From a virus (taxonomy: Duplodnaviria > Caudoviricetes), in the IMG/VR virus record IMGVR_UViG_3300049027_000045, positions 1 through 44,429 of that record: a DNA stretch of 44,429 nt; one strand, given 5' to 3'. A program made the translations under genes and the position numbers. This document shows positions 8,757 to 17,972 of this stretch, one piece after another. Position 1 is the stretch's first letter, and each line of letters begins with the position of its first letter. Below the pieces are notes generated by a model, which did no database searches, was not told where the DNA came from, and saw only the letters and a list, made by a program, of their open reading frames with translations.

Positions 8757-9617
8757 ATGGCCAAGAAACCGGCACCACCGAAACCGGCACCGAAGGCGGC
8801 CAAGGCCGCCAAGCCAGCGCGCCCGAAGCTTGCGAAGGCGCCGAGGGTGCGCGAACCCGGCCGCGAGATGATCCCGCTGCCCGTGCGGTATTGGGTGCGC
8901 TGGTATCGCTGCGGCTGCCACCACGAAGCGGCCGAACGCAAGGACCTCAAGCCGTGGTGCGCGCTGCACCTGCTGAACCCCAAGGGCGACGACCAGGCGG
9001 TCCACGCCGGCGAAGCGTTCCCAACGCGCCCCGAGGTAGGCCGACCCAGCCTGTACAACGAGCAGACCAGCGAGCTGGTGTGCACGCTCATCGCCTGCGG
9101 ATGGAAGCTGCGCGATTTCAACCATGCCGAGAGACGCCTAGCAGCTGAGGATTTCGAGCCGGAGGAATGCGAACGCATTGCGGGCGCATTGCCGACTAAG
9201 GCCACGATCACGCGCTGGATGGGCACGCAGCCCGAGTTTCGAGCCCGTTACGCGCGTGCGCAGCGGGCCTACCTCGAGGGCGTGGGCGCACAGGAGGCGC
9301 TCGACATCGCCGACGACGGCAGCCAGGACTACATTTTCACCAGCAAGGGCCTGGCGTTCGACGCCGAGCACGTGCAGCGCTCCCGCCTGCGCGTGGGCTA
9401 TCGCCAGTGGCTGCTCGAGCGCCTGGCCAGCGACGTCTACACCGAGCGCAAGGTCATCGACGCCAAGGTCACGGCCGGGCCGCCGGACGCCCGCCGCGAG
9501 CTCTACAACGCCAGCGAGGAGGAGCTGGTGCGGATCATTTCGGAGCGCAGACAGCTTTCACCGCCCGGTGTACACTCATCCACCCCTGAATCCGACACAG
9601 GAGTACCACCGCAATGA
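8757..9617 (+). CDS. Terminase small subunit (Sf6 gp1-like) with N-terminal extension
   Basis: GRPSLYN..LVC..IA.G; P..ATITRW...PEFRARYARA; ALDIADD; HVQRSRLRV..RQW. Confidence 0.85.
   Translation: MAKKPAPPKPAPKAAKAAKPARPKLAKAPRVREPGREMIPLPVRYWVRWYRCGCHHEAAERKDLKPWCALHLLNPKGDDQAVHAGEAFPTRPEVGRPSLYNEQTSELVCTLIACGWKLRDFNHAERRLAAEDFEPEECERIAGALPTKATITRWMGTQPEFRARYARAQRAYLEGVGAQEALDIADDGSQDYIFTSKGLAFDAEHVQRSRLRVGYRQWLLERLASDVYTERKVIDAKVTAGPPDARRELYNASEEELVRIISERRQLSPPGVHSSTPESDTGVPPQ
9548..9576 (+). promoter_or_regulatory. Putative sigma70-like promoter CAGACA-N17-TACACT
   Basis: Exact 17-nt spacing; upstream of the GGAG RBS of gene 9614. Confidence 0.45.
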
Positions 9618-9904
9618 GGAATCGCAAGCCGCGCGCCCGCAAGGGTGCACCCACCAAGGCCGCCGTCGAAGCGCTGGCCTACCGTCTCGAGAAGCTTGCC
9701 GAGGAGGAGGCCAAGCGCCGCCTGGTGATGATCGAGAGCCAGCTGTTGCGCGCGATCGAGGCCGCCGGCCTGTACGGGCACGGCGCCCAGGCCGAGCGCG
9801 TCATGGCCGCCATGCGCGAGGAATTCGGCACCAGCCTCAAAGAGCACGTGCGTGGCCTGCTGTTCGACCGCGCCACGAAGTTCACCGACACCCCTGCCAC
9901 CTGA
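9614..9904 (+). CDS. Hypothetical protein (96 aa)
   Basis: AGGAG RBS; ATGA overlap. Confidence 0.75.
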   Translation: MRNRKPRARKGAPTKAAVEALAYRLEKLAEEEAKRRLVMIESQLLRAIEAAGLYGHGAQAERVMAAMREEFGTSLKEHVRGLLFDRATKFTDTPAT

Positions 9905-9915
9905 GAGATACCGCC

Positions 9916-10614
9916 ATGAATCCCGACAACACCGATCCGACGACCGTGGGCGACACCCGCGACCCGATCCCGCCGACGTTCCCCCAGGTGGGCGACCTCG
10001 GCAGCGTGCGCGGCCAGGTGGTCCTGGTCACCGCCGTGCACGGCCCGACCGCGCTGGTGCCGCGCATCGAGGCGACCACCCGCAACGGCCTGCCCGTGGC
10101 CATCGCCCACGGCGACCTGTTCCGGCCCACGCCTGAACAGGTGCAGTGGTGGCACGACAGCGCGCCGGAGCCGGGCGCCACCTTCACCGCCGAGGAGGCC
10201 GAGCTGCTCGACTGCCCGCTGCCGGACGCGCACGTGCTGCACGCCGGCGACGCCAGCACCGGCGAGCTGGTCATGCTTGGCGCGGTCCCGGCCGACGAGG
10301 TGCCGTTCGACCCGGTGGCCGCCGAGGAGGAGCGCGAGGGGTATTTCTACCGGAACCACCTCACGCCGCAGCAGCGCGCCGACAACGCAGAAAAGCGCGA
10401 CGAGATGCGCTACCAGCGCCTGCTCACCGCCGTGGCCAAGAACGAGGTCGGTGAGCGTGCGCTCGAGGACGCGCGCCAGCAGGGCCTGCTCGAGGGCCGC
10501 CGTGAGGCCGCGATGATGCTGCTGCCGCCGCCCACCTCGACGTTGCGCGAGCGCCTGGGCGCCGCCTGGTCGATCCTGCGCGGCAAGGTCAAGGGCGAGG
10601 ATCCGTTCGCGTAA
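9916..10614 (+). CDS. Hypothetical protein (232 aa)
   Basis: GAGAG RBS; start at MNPDN. Confidence 0.75.
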   Translation: MNPDNTDPTTVGDTRDPIPPTFPQVGDLGSVRGQVVLVTAVHGPTALVPRIEATTRNGLPVAIAHGDLFRPTPEQVQWWHDSAPEPGATFTAEEAELLDCPLPDAHVLHAGDASTGELVMLGAVPADEVPFDPVAAEEEREGYFYRNHLTPQQRADNAEKRDEMRYQRLLTAVAKNEVGERALEDARQQGLLEGRREAAMMLLPPPTSTLRERLGAAWSILRGKVKGEDPFA

Positions 10615-10670
10615 CGCATAGCGAGCGCAATGCGTTCGCATCACCACCGCCAAGAGAGAGGCCCATCACC

Positions 10671-11555
10671 ATGAATCAGCAGAACCGCGACAACCACCTC
10701 ATCGCCACCGCGGCCGAGATCGCCGCCGTCGACTTCGCCACTGCGCCCGAGGGCGCCACCGGCTACCGCATCGCCAAGCTGCGCCTGGCGGCCGAGCTCG
10801 AGGACCGCGTCAGCGCCAAGTGGATCGGCGACGAGCAGTTCGACAGCGTCGATGCCCCGGTGTTTTTCCAGCCGCGCGGCATCAACGCGGCGACCTACGT
10901 CTACCGCAAGACCCAGGAGTTGCACCGCGCGGTCGCCAATCGCGCCGAGGCGACGCAGGCCGAGGCCGATGCGATCGTCGAGGGCACCGCGGAGAACCGC
11001 CTCGCCGAGCGCCTGGGCACGCAGCGCGCCGCCGAGGCGGCCGAGCCGACCAAGGATGAGACGGCCACCCAGGTCAACGAGCGCGAGCTGGCGCAGGAAC
11101 GCCAGAACTACCTCGAGGGCCGTCCGCGCAGCTGGCGCCCGCCGGGCTGGGCCGCGCAGCAGGCCAAGCTCGACCACCAGGCGATGGTCGATTTCGCCAA
11201 CAAGACGCCGCCGGCGCTGAGCGATGAGGCCAAGGCCGTCGCCGACAAGCCGCTCGATGGCGAGCTGCGCGCCGGCGAGAACCCGATGGTGGGCAAGGTC
11301 ACCGGCTACCGGAAGCTCACCAACCTCGAGCTCGAGCTGGTCAACGCGATCAAGGCCAAGGGCGAGGAGCTGGCGGCGCTGCACTGCACGGTGGTCGCGC
11401 TGCTCAAGGCGCGCGACGACGAGCCCAAGGCCGAGGGCGTCATGCCGCTCAACGCTTGGGCCGAATCGTACCGCTGGGCCGCGATCGGCAAGACCGACCT
11501 GCAAACCGGCCTCATGGCGCTCATCCGCGCGGTCGCCGCGCCCGGCGGTTTCTGA
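10671..11555 (+). CDS. Fusion protein with C-terminal Acb2-like (anti-CBASS sponge) domain
   Basis: C-terminal 89 aa KVTGYRKL..LELELVNAIK..GEEL...RWAAIGKTDLQTGLMALIRAVAAPGGF match the Acb2/Vs.4 consensus; N-terminal ~205 aa unrecognised. Confidence 0.85.
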   Translation: MNQQNRDNHLIATAAEIAAVDFATAPEGATGYRIAKLRLAAELEDRVSAKWIGDEQFDSVDAPVFFQPRGINAATYVYRKTQELHRAVANRAEATQAEADAIVEGTAENRLAERLGTQRAAEAAEPTKDETATQVNERELAQERQNYLEGRPRSWRPPGWAAQQAKLDHQAMVDFANKTPPALSDEAKAVADKPLDGELRAGENPMVGKVTGYRKLTNLELELVNAIKAKGEELAALHCTVVALLKARDDEPKAEGVMPLNAWAESYRWAAIGKTDLQTGLMALIRAVAAPGGF

Positions 11556-11932
11556 TGGACCGCAAGGGAGAGGGAACCCGCGAGGAGGTGACGGCCTGGG
11601 CCGTCGCCTACCTCAAGCGCTCGGCCGACGCCATCACCATCGCGCGCACGCCGGAGGGCAAGTTCGTCGCCCTGAACCTGTACAGCGACGCGGTGCGCGC
11701 GCACTACCTCGGCGTCGGCTACGTGTTCGTTTCCGAGGTGCGGCACGGGGTCGGCGTCGCGCTGCTGGACGTCGGCGCCGTCGCTATCGAGGGTGACAGC
11801 GCTGCCGATATCGACCAGGTGGCGCTCGAAGTGGCGCGCCGCTTTACCCCTGACGCCGAGCCGAAGCTGCGCGCGGTGATGCAGGTGGCGGTCATCGAGG
11901 CGATCAAGGGGGTGCTCAATGCGACGCGATAA
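11555..11932 (+). CDS. Hypothetical protein (125 aa)
   Basis: TGATG coupling to upstream gene. Confidence 0.7.
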   Translation: MDRKGEGTREEVTAWAVAYLKRSADAITIARTPEGKFVALNLYSDAVRAHYLGVGYVFVSEVRHGVGVALLDVGAVAIEGDSAADIDQVALEVARRFTPDAEPKLRAVMQVAVIEAIKGVLNATR

Positions 11933-12536
11933 GCGCGAGGACAAGCCGGAACCGTTGCCGCCGTACACGTTCACCGTCACCCGGGTCGACGGCAACGGCC
12001 GCACCGTCGACGAGTGGGTGGTCGACGGCGACACGCTGGCCGCGTCGAGTGACACGCCGGCGGGCGAGCAACACGCGTTTTTCGTCGATCACCTGGTCGC
12101 CAACGAGGCGGCCAGCTACGGCCTCACCGTCGACGAGATCCCGGCCTGGGTGCTGCTCGAGATGCGTGGCATGGCCAACCTGCGCGCGCTCATCGCCGGC
12201 GTCACGGGTCGCCAGCGCCGCAACCGCGGCGGGCAGGTGCTCGAGCTCGAGGGGTGGACGTCGGTATTCCAGGGCCTCGACGCCGGCGTGCTGCGCGCGG
12301 CCGGTCTGAACCACCAGGAGGCGCTGTGGGTGCGCCACCGCAAGGTGACCGCCGAGCTGCCGTTCCACGTCAACGTGATCGCCTACGCGCCCGCGGATCC
12401 GCGCCGCGTGATCGACTTCCAAGAGGTCGATTACCTGCGCGAGGCCGAGCTGTACGACTGCCCGCTGTACGTGACGCACCGTCTCGATCGCGCGCCGGGG
12501 CCGGGCCTCGAGCTGGCCGAGCCGGCCGGGGCGTAA
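11919..12536 (+). CDS. Hypothetical protein (205 aa)
   Basis: AAGGGGGTG RBS; TAATG-coupled to terL. Confidence 0.75.
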   Translation: MRRDKREDKPEPLPPYTFTVTRVDGNGRTVDEWVVDGDTLAASSDTPAGEQHAFFVDHLVANEAASYGLTVDEIPAWVLLEMRGMANLRALIAGVTGRQRRNRGGQVLELEGWTSVFQGLDAGVLRAAGLNHQEALWVRHRKVTAELPFHVNVIAYAPADPRRVIDFQEVDYLREAELYDCPLYVTHRLDRAPGPGLELAEPAGA

Positions 12537-14170
12537 TGGGCCGGCTCGACCAGGTCGACATCGACGACGCGGCCATCGCCGCGGAGCTGCTACGGCGACG
12601 CCGTGCGCGCCGCAGCATGGTCGCGTTCGCCAAGTCGATCGAGGTGCCGGGCAAGCCGCTGAGCGAGGACCAGGACGCCGATGTCCCCGACTGGCTGTTC
12701 AAGCCGATCGAGTCGGACGTCGCCGACCTGCACGTGCTCATGTGCGAGGCGATCCAGCAGTGCATCGAGGAGGATGACGGCCGCCTCATGCTGTTTTTCC
12801 CGCCGGGCTCGGCGAAGTCGACCTACGCCAGCGTCGTGGCGCCGGCGTGGGCGATGGGCGATGCGCCGCGCGACGTGATCGTGGTGAGCTACAGCAGCAC
12901 GCCGGCCGAGCGGTGCAGTCGCCGCATCCGCGCGATCGTCGGCCAGCCGGGCTACACCGCCATCTGGCCAAACCGGCCGATGCTCACCGCCGGCAACAGC
13001 GCGGTCGGCGAGTGGACGATGAGCAACGGCAGCCGCCTGCTCGCGTCCGGCATCCTCGGCTCGGTCACCTCGGCGCGTGCGGACGTGCTCATCATCGACG
13101 ACCCGGTGAGCGGTCGCGAGGACGCCGACAGCGAGCCGATGCGCCGCAAGACGCGCCAGGCCTACGACGACGACCTTCGCACGCGCATGAAACCGGGGTG
13201 CTCGATCATCCTGATGATGACGCGCTGGCACCTCGACGACCTGGCCGGCTCGATCCTGCCCGAGGACTACGCCGGCCAGTCGGGCAAGGTGCTGTGTCGC
13301 GACGGCAAGGTCTGGACGGTGCTCAACGTGCCGGCCAAGGCCGAGCACCTCGACGACCCGCTCGGCCGCGACATTGGCGAATACCTGTGGCCGGAATGGT
13401 TCAAGGCCGCGCACTGGCAGAATTTCGAGCCGATCCCGGGCTCAACCGAAGGGCCGGACAACCGCACGTGGGCGGCGCTGTACCAGCAGCGGCCGACGTT
13501 CGGCAGCGGCGGCAAGTTTGAGCAGGAATGGTTTCGGCGCCACGATGCGCCGCCGGCGGGCCTCACCTGGTACGGCGCGAGCGACTGGGCGGTCACCAAG
13601 AAAACGCTCAAGACGCACCCCGACTTTACCGAGCACGGCCTGTTTGGCGTCGACAAGGATTTCAACGTCTGGATTGATGAATGGTGGTATGGCCAGGTCA
13701 CCCCGGCCACCTCGATCGCGGCCTGGCTGGCCATGCTCGGCGACGAGGACCGCCCGCCGCAGGACTGGCTCATCGAGTCGGGCGTCATCAAGAACGCGAT
13801 GCAGGATGCGCTCAAGGTCGCCCAGGAATCGGCTGGCACCTATGTGACCATCCGCTCGCCGAGCAGCCTGGGCGACAAGGTGGCCAACAGCGCCGCGTTC
13901 GCCGCGCTCGCGCAGAACGGCAAGATCTCGATTCGCAAGGGCGCATGGGGCGATCGGCTCATCGCCATGCTGTGCTCTTTCCCGTTCGGCCGCTACGACG
14001 ACGCGGTGGACGTGTGCGGCCTCATCGGCCGTATGATTACCGCGCTGCGGGCCTATCCGTCCGACGATCCCGAGCCGAAAAAGAAAGCGGTCAAGCCGTT
14101 CACCGAGGAACATTTCGAGATGGCTGACGACGACGATAACGAGGACGTCCGAAGGAGATACCTGGGATGA
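12536..14170 (+). CDS. terL: Terminase large subunit (544 aa)
   Basis: Walker A-like FPPGSAKST; Walker B LIIDDP; MTRWHLDDLAG; ALYQQRP; FPFGRYDDAVD nuclease end. Confidence 0.95.
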   Translation: MGRLDQVDIDDAAIAAELLRRRRARRSMVAFAKSIEVPGKPLSEDQDADVPDWLFKPIESDVADLHVLMCEAIQQCIEEDDGRLMLFFPPGSAKSTYASVVAPAWAMGDAPRDVIVVSYSSTPAERCSRRIRAIVGQPGYTAIWPNRPMLTAGNSAVGEWTMSNGSRLLASGILGSVTSARADVLIIDDPVSGREDADSEPMRRKTRQAYDDDLRTRMKPGCSIILMMTRWHLDDLAGSILPEDYAGQSGKVLCRDGKVWTVLNVPAKAEHLDDPLGRDIGEYLWPEWFKAAHWQNFEPIPGSTEGPDNRTWAALYQQRPTFGSGGKFEQEWFRRHDAPPAGLTWYGASDWAVTKKTLKTHPDFTEHGLFGVDKDFNVWIDEWWYGQVTPATSIAAWLAMLGDEDRPPQDWLIESGVIKNAMQDALKVAQESAGTYVTIRSPSSLGDKVANSAAFAALAQNGKISIRKGAWGDRLIAMLCSFPFGRYDDAVDVCGLIGRMITALRAYPSDDPEPKKKAVKPFTEEHFEMADDDDNEDVRRRYLG

Positions 14171-16275
14171 GCGTTCCAGCCAATGCAATGCAGCAGGACC
14201 CCGGCATCGCCGCGGCCTCGGCCACCGCCACCTCGCCGGCCGCGGCGGTTCAGTACACCGAGCCTGACGCGTCCGAGATCAATGACGTAAAGCGCCGCCT
14301 CAACTGCATCAAGGCCGAGCGCGCATTCGACAAGAACGCTCGCAAGGAATACGCATTCTGCCGCCGCTACGCGCGCGGCGACTCGAGCTTTACCACCTCG
14401 GTCAACCTGCTCGGCACCTACATCGACATCCTGGTGGCGTTCCTGTACGCCCGCGATCCCGACGTCGACGTGCTGGTGGCCGACAGCGTCGGGCCGAGCC
14501 GCAAGGCCGACATCGAGCTGTTCGCCAAGACCCTCGAGATCGTCGTCTCGCGCCTGTGGCGCCAAGCCAAGATGAAGCGCCAGGCCAAGCGCTGGATCCG
14601 ATCGGCGCTCACGGTCGGCATCGGCTGGCTGAAAGTCGGCTGGCAGGAACGCTACGAATCCGACCCGGTGATGGTGCAGCGCCGGCGCGACGTGCAGGAC
14701 AACCTGGCGCGCATCGCGGCCAAGCGCCGCGAGATGGCCGAGGGCGGGCCGTCGTACCAAACGCTCGAGGAGGACGAGGCCGAGCTACAGCAAGAGCTGC
14801 GCGGCCTCGAGGGCAAGATCGAAAAGCTGGTCTACCGCGGGCTGTTCATCGACTTCGTGCCGGCCGAGGACATCCAGGTCGCGCTCAACGTGCAGAACAT
14901 CGTCGACTGCGACGTGGCCGACCATATCAGCCACCGCACGTTTATGACGGTCACCGCGGCGAAAGCGAAGTATCCGACCGTGCCGCCGAGCAAGTGGGGC
15001 AGCGCGCAGAAATACCGCGCGTGCGAGCCGGAGGATCTCACCGAGCGCACCGGCCTCAATGCCACCGCCGCGGTGCGCGCGGACATCGACGAGGCCAGCG
15101 CCGACGCGTTCACCAGCTACCAGCAAGGCACCACCGGCAGCGAGGAAACGTCATTCGTGCTGGTGTGGGAAATGTGGGACCAGGAAAAAAATCAGATCTT
15201 CACGATGTCGCCGGGCATCGACCAATTCCTGGCCAAGCCAGACGTGCCCAACATCACCACGACCCGGTTTTATCCGTTCTTCCCGGTCGCGCTCAACGAG
15301 GTCGACGGCCAGCGTCACCCGCAGTCGCTGGTGTCGCGCAGCTTCCAGATCATGGACGATTACAACCGCGCGCGCAGCGGCAAGTCGGCCATGCGTGCGC
15401 GCATCAAGCCGGGCATTATTTTCGACGCGCGCAAGATGAGCCGCAAAGAGGTCGAGAAAATCACCGCCTCGACCTACGGCGAAAACATCCCGCTCAAGCC
15501 GACCGGCGACGCCAGCCTGGACGACAGCTTCGCCGAGAAGCCGATCAGCACCGTCGACAACAGCGTGTTCGACGTGCAGGACCTGCAACGCGAGCTCGAG
15601 ACGTTGTGGGGCATCCAGGAGGCGCTCAGCGCCGGCGTCACCGTGGCCAAGACCGCGACCGAGGCCGAGATCCAGCAGACCGGCACGCAGGCGCGCACCG
15701 GCGCGATGCGCGACACCGAGGAAAGCGGGCTCGCCGAGATGGCGGTGTTCACCGCCGAGATCTCCCTGGTCAAGCTCAGCCGCAGCGACGTGCAAGAGCT
15801 GGCCGGCCCCGAGGCGTTTTGGCCGGAGGGCGTCACCGTCGAGGAGCTCGACCTGCTGGTCAACGTGGAGATCCGCGCCGGCTCGACCGGCAAGCCGGAC
15901 ACCACGCGCCAGCGCGAGGCCTGGGCGGCCGAGGCGCCGGTGCTCACCGACACAATCCTCACGGTCGGCAAGCTGCGCAATTCCAGCCCGCTCGACATCG
16001 CGCAGTGCCTCGAGAACGTCGCCGCCGAATACCTCGACCGCACCGGCGACCGCCTCGACATCAAGCGGTTCATGCCCAAGGTCGGCACGCCGCAGCAGCT
16101 GGTCGACCCGGCCACCGGCCAGGTGGTGATGGGCTACGCGCTGCCGCCCGAGGCGGGCGCGGCGCCAGGCGTCCCGGGCGCGGTGGCGCCGGTGCCTGGG
16201 GCGCCCGTGGATCCGGCCGCGTCCGCGGCCCCGGCGGAGCTTCCGCCACAACTGAGAGAGGACGTTGTCGCATGA
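14167..16275 (+). CDS. Portal protein (702 aa)
   Basis: Position after terL; size; A...GIGWLKVGW; VWEMWD; KTATEAEI motifs of podovirus portals. Confidence 0.85.
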   Translation: MSVPANAMQQDPGIAAASATATSPAAAVQYTEPDASEINDVKRRLNCIKAERAFDKNARKEYAFCRRYARGDSSFTTSVNLLGTYIDILVAFLYARDPDVDVLVADSVGPSRKADIELFAKTLEIVVSRLWRQAKMKRQAKRWIRSALTVGIGWLKVGWQERYESDPVMVQRRRDVQDNLARIAAKRREMAEGGPSYQTLEEDEAELQQELRGLEGKIEKLVYRGLFIDFVPAEDIQVALNVQNIVDCDVADHISHRTFMTVTAAKAKYPTVPPSKWGSAQKYRACEPEDLTERTGLNATAAVRADIDEASADAFTSYQQGTTGSEETSFVLVWEMWDQEKNQIFTMSPGIDQFLAKPDVPNITTTRFYPFFPVALNEVDGQRHPQSLVSRSFQIMDDYNRARSGKSAMRARIKPGIIFDARKMSRKEVEKITASTYGENIPLKPTGDASLDDSFAEKPISTVDNSVFDVQDLQRELETLWGIQEALSAGVTVAKTATEAEIQQTGTQARTGAMRDTEESGLAEMAVFTAEISLVKLSRSDVQELAGPEAFWPEGVTVEELDLLVNVEIRAGSTGKPDTTRQREAWAAEAPVLTDTILTVGKLRNSSPLDIAQCLENVAAEYLDRTGDRLDIKRFMPKVGTPQQLVDPATGQVVMGYALPPEAGAAPGVPGAVAPVPGAPVDPAASAAPAELPPQLREDVVA

Positions 16276-16640
16276 ACCAACCCATCCCGATGATCCCGCC
16301 CAACATCCTCGAGGAGGCGGCGCGGATCGCGCATTCGGTGAATCACGCCTACTGCCAGGCGATCGGGCAGGCCTCGCTGCCGTGGTCCGAGGCCCCTGCC
16401 TGGCAGCGCGAAAGTGCCAAGGCCGGCGTGCTCGAGGTCGCGCGCGACCCGGGCATCTCGCACGGCGACCTGCACCAGCGGTGGCTCGAGCACAAGCTGC
16501 GCGAGGGTTGGACCTACGGCGAGGTCAAGGACGCCGAGGCGAAAACGCACCCGTGCATGATTCCGTTCGCTGAGCTACCGGAATGCGAACGCATCAAGGA
16601 CGCACTGTTCCTCGGCGTGGTCCGCGCCATCTTTTCCTGA
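16272..16640 (+). CDS. RyR-domain protein (122 aa)
   Basis: ARIAHSVN.AYC; HQRW...KLREGWTYGEVKD...KTHPCMIPF.ELP..ERIKD; GAGAGAGG RBS. Confidence 0.88.
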   Translation: MNQPIPMIPPNILEEAARIAHSVNHAYCQAIGQASLPWSEAPAWQRESAKAGVLEVARDPGISHGDLHQRWLEHKLREGWTYGEVKDAEAKTHPCMIPFAELPECERIKDALFLGVVRAIFS

Positions 16641-16658
16641 GAGAGGGAATAACCAGCG

Positions 16659-17939
16659 ATGAACAAGAAAAGCGACAACAGCGGCGGCGCGCCGCAGATG
16701 ACCGACGAGCAGCTGCGCGATGCGGCCCTGTCCGCGTTCGACGTGGGTGTGGCCGACCCGGACGCGCCGTTCGTGCCCGATAACCAGGTGCCCAGCGACG
16801 ACGTCGACGGCGGCGCCCCCGACGACGAGGACGGCAAGGATGGCAAGGGTGATGGGGTTGATGGAGCGGACGATAGCGACGGCGCTGGCGACGGCGCTGG
16901 CGAAGGATCCGCGGGCGGCAAGCCTGCCGGCGGAAAGCCCGCTGCGGGCGGCAAGCCCGCCGCCGCTGCCGGTGCCGACGACGGCAAGGCTGGCGCCGGA
17001 AAGGACGGCCAGCCCGCCGCGGCCGGGCAGGACGGCAAAGCGGGCGAAGGCAAGGCGCTAACGCCCGAGGAGCAGGCCGCCAAGGACAAGGCCGACGACG
17101 ACGCAGCGATCAAGGACCTGGGCCTCAAGGGCAAGAGCGAGGAGCGGTTCCGCACGATGTCGAGCACGATCCGCGAGCAGTCGCGCACGATCGAAGCGCT
17201 CGGCGGCAACGAGGGCATCCAGCGCCTGCAACGCGACGCCGCGGCGCAAGCCGAATGGGATGCGGAAATGGACCGCATCGGCGCCACGCCCGAGCAGTTC
17301 GGCCAAGCGATGGGCTACGTGGCCGCGGTCAACAGCGGCGATCCCGAGGCGATGGCCAAGGCGCGCGAGTTCCTCGCCGGCGAGCTGGCGTGGCTCGATG
17401 GCCAGCTCGGCATCACGCCGGCCGGCAAGGATCCGCTCGAGGGCCACCAGGACCTCATCGACAAGGTCAAGAGCGGCGCGATGGACCGGGCCGATGCCGA
17501 GCAGTGGGCAGCCGATCGCAACCAGCGCAACGCGCGCGAAACGCTCACCGGCAAGACCCGCGACGCGCAGCGCCAGGTCGAGGAGGCGACCGCCGCCAAC
17601 AACGCCGCGGTGCGCGAGCTGGGCGAGCTCGGGGCCGAGCTCAAGGCGCGCGACGGTGCCGAGGTGTTCGAGCAGAAAATGGCCGCCATCACGCCGGCGC
17701 TGGGGATCCTGCAATCGCGGGCCAAGCCGTCCGAGTGGGCAGCCATCGCGCGCGACCTGTACGAAAAGCAGGTCTACCGCGCCAAGCCGGCGGACCCGAC
17801 GCCGAAACCGCCGCGTGTGGGGATCCAGCCGAACCGCCAATCCGTGGCCGCCAATGCCGGGCAGGTGGTGCGCGAACCCAAGGACGCGATGGACGCGTTC
17901 GACATGGGCGCCGAGGAAGCGCGCGCACGTGGCGAGTAA
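16659..17939 (+). CDS. Putative scaffolding protein (426 aa)
   Basis: Lies between portal and capsid; acidic Gly/Asp/Ala low-complexity N-terminus followed by a helical region. Confidence 0.7.
   Translation: MNKKSDNSGGAPQMTDEQLRDAALSAFDVGVADPDAPFVPDNQVPSDDVDGGAPDDEDGKDGKGDGVDGADDSDGAGDGAGEGSAGGKPAGGKPAAGGKPAAAAGADDGKAGAGKDGQPAAAGQDGKAGEGKALTPEEQAAKDKADDDAAIKDLGLKGKSEERFRTMSSTIREQSRTIEALGGNEGIQRLQRDAAAQAEWDAEMDRIGATPEQFGQAMGYVAAVNSGDPEAMAKAREFLAGELAWLDGQLGITPAGKDPLEGHQDLIDKVKSGAMDRADAEQWAADRNQRNARETLTGKTRDAQRQVEEATAANNAAVRELGELGAELKARDGAEVFEQKMAAITPALGILQSRAKPSEWAAIARDLYEKQVYRAKPADPTPKPPRVGIQPNRQSVAANAGQVVREPKDAMDAFDMGAEEARARGE
16840..17061 (+). CDS. Candidate nested +1-frame gene inside scaffold (73 aa)
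   Basis: GAGGA 8 nt before ATG; host frame uses atypical T/A-ending codons here. Confidence 0.3.
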   Translation: MARVMGLMERTIATALATALAKDPRAASLPAESPLRAASPPPLPVPTTARLAPERTASPPRPGRTAKRAKARR

Positions 17940-17942
17940 TGC

Positions 17943-17972
17943 TAGACAGGTGCGAACGCATGGCGTAACAAT
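17943..17972 (+). promoter_or_regulatory. Putative capsid promoter TAGACA-N17-TAACAA(T) with GTGCGAACGCAT in the spacer
   Basis: Intergenic position upstream of the structured leader. Confidence 0.45.

Noticed and set aside
14556-16271. Long 5' extension of the RyR ORF (694 aa in track)
   Set aside because: Off-frame overlap with the portal; the true start is 16272 with an RBS. The same logic was applied to the terL, ERF, tail fibre and endolysin starts
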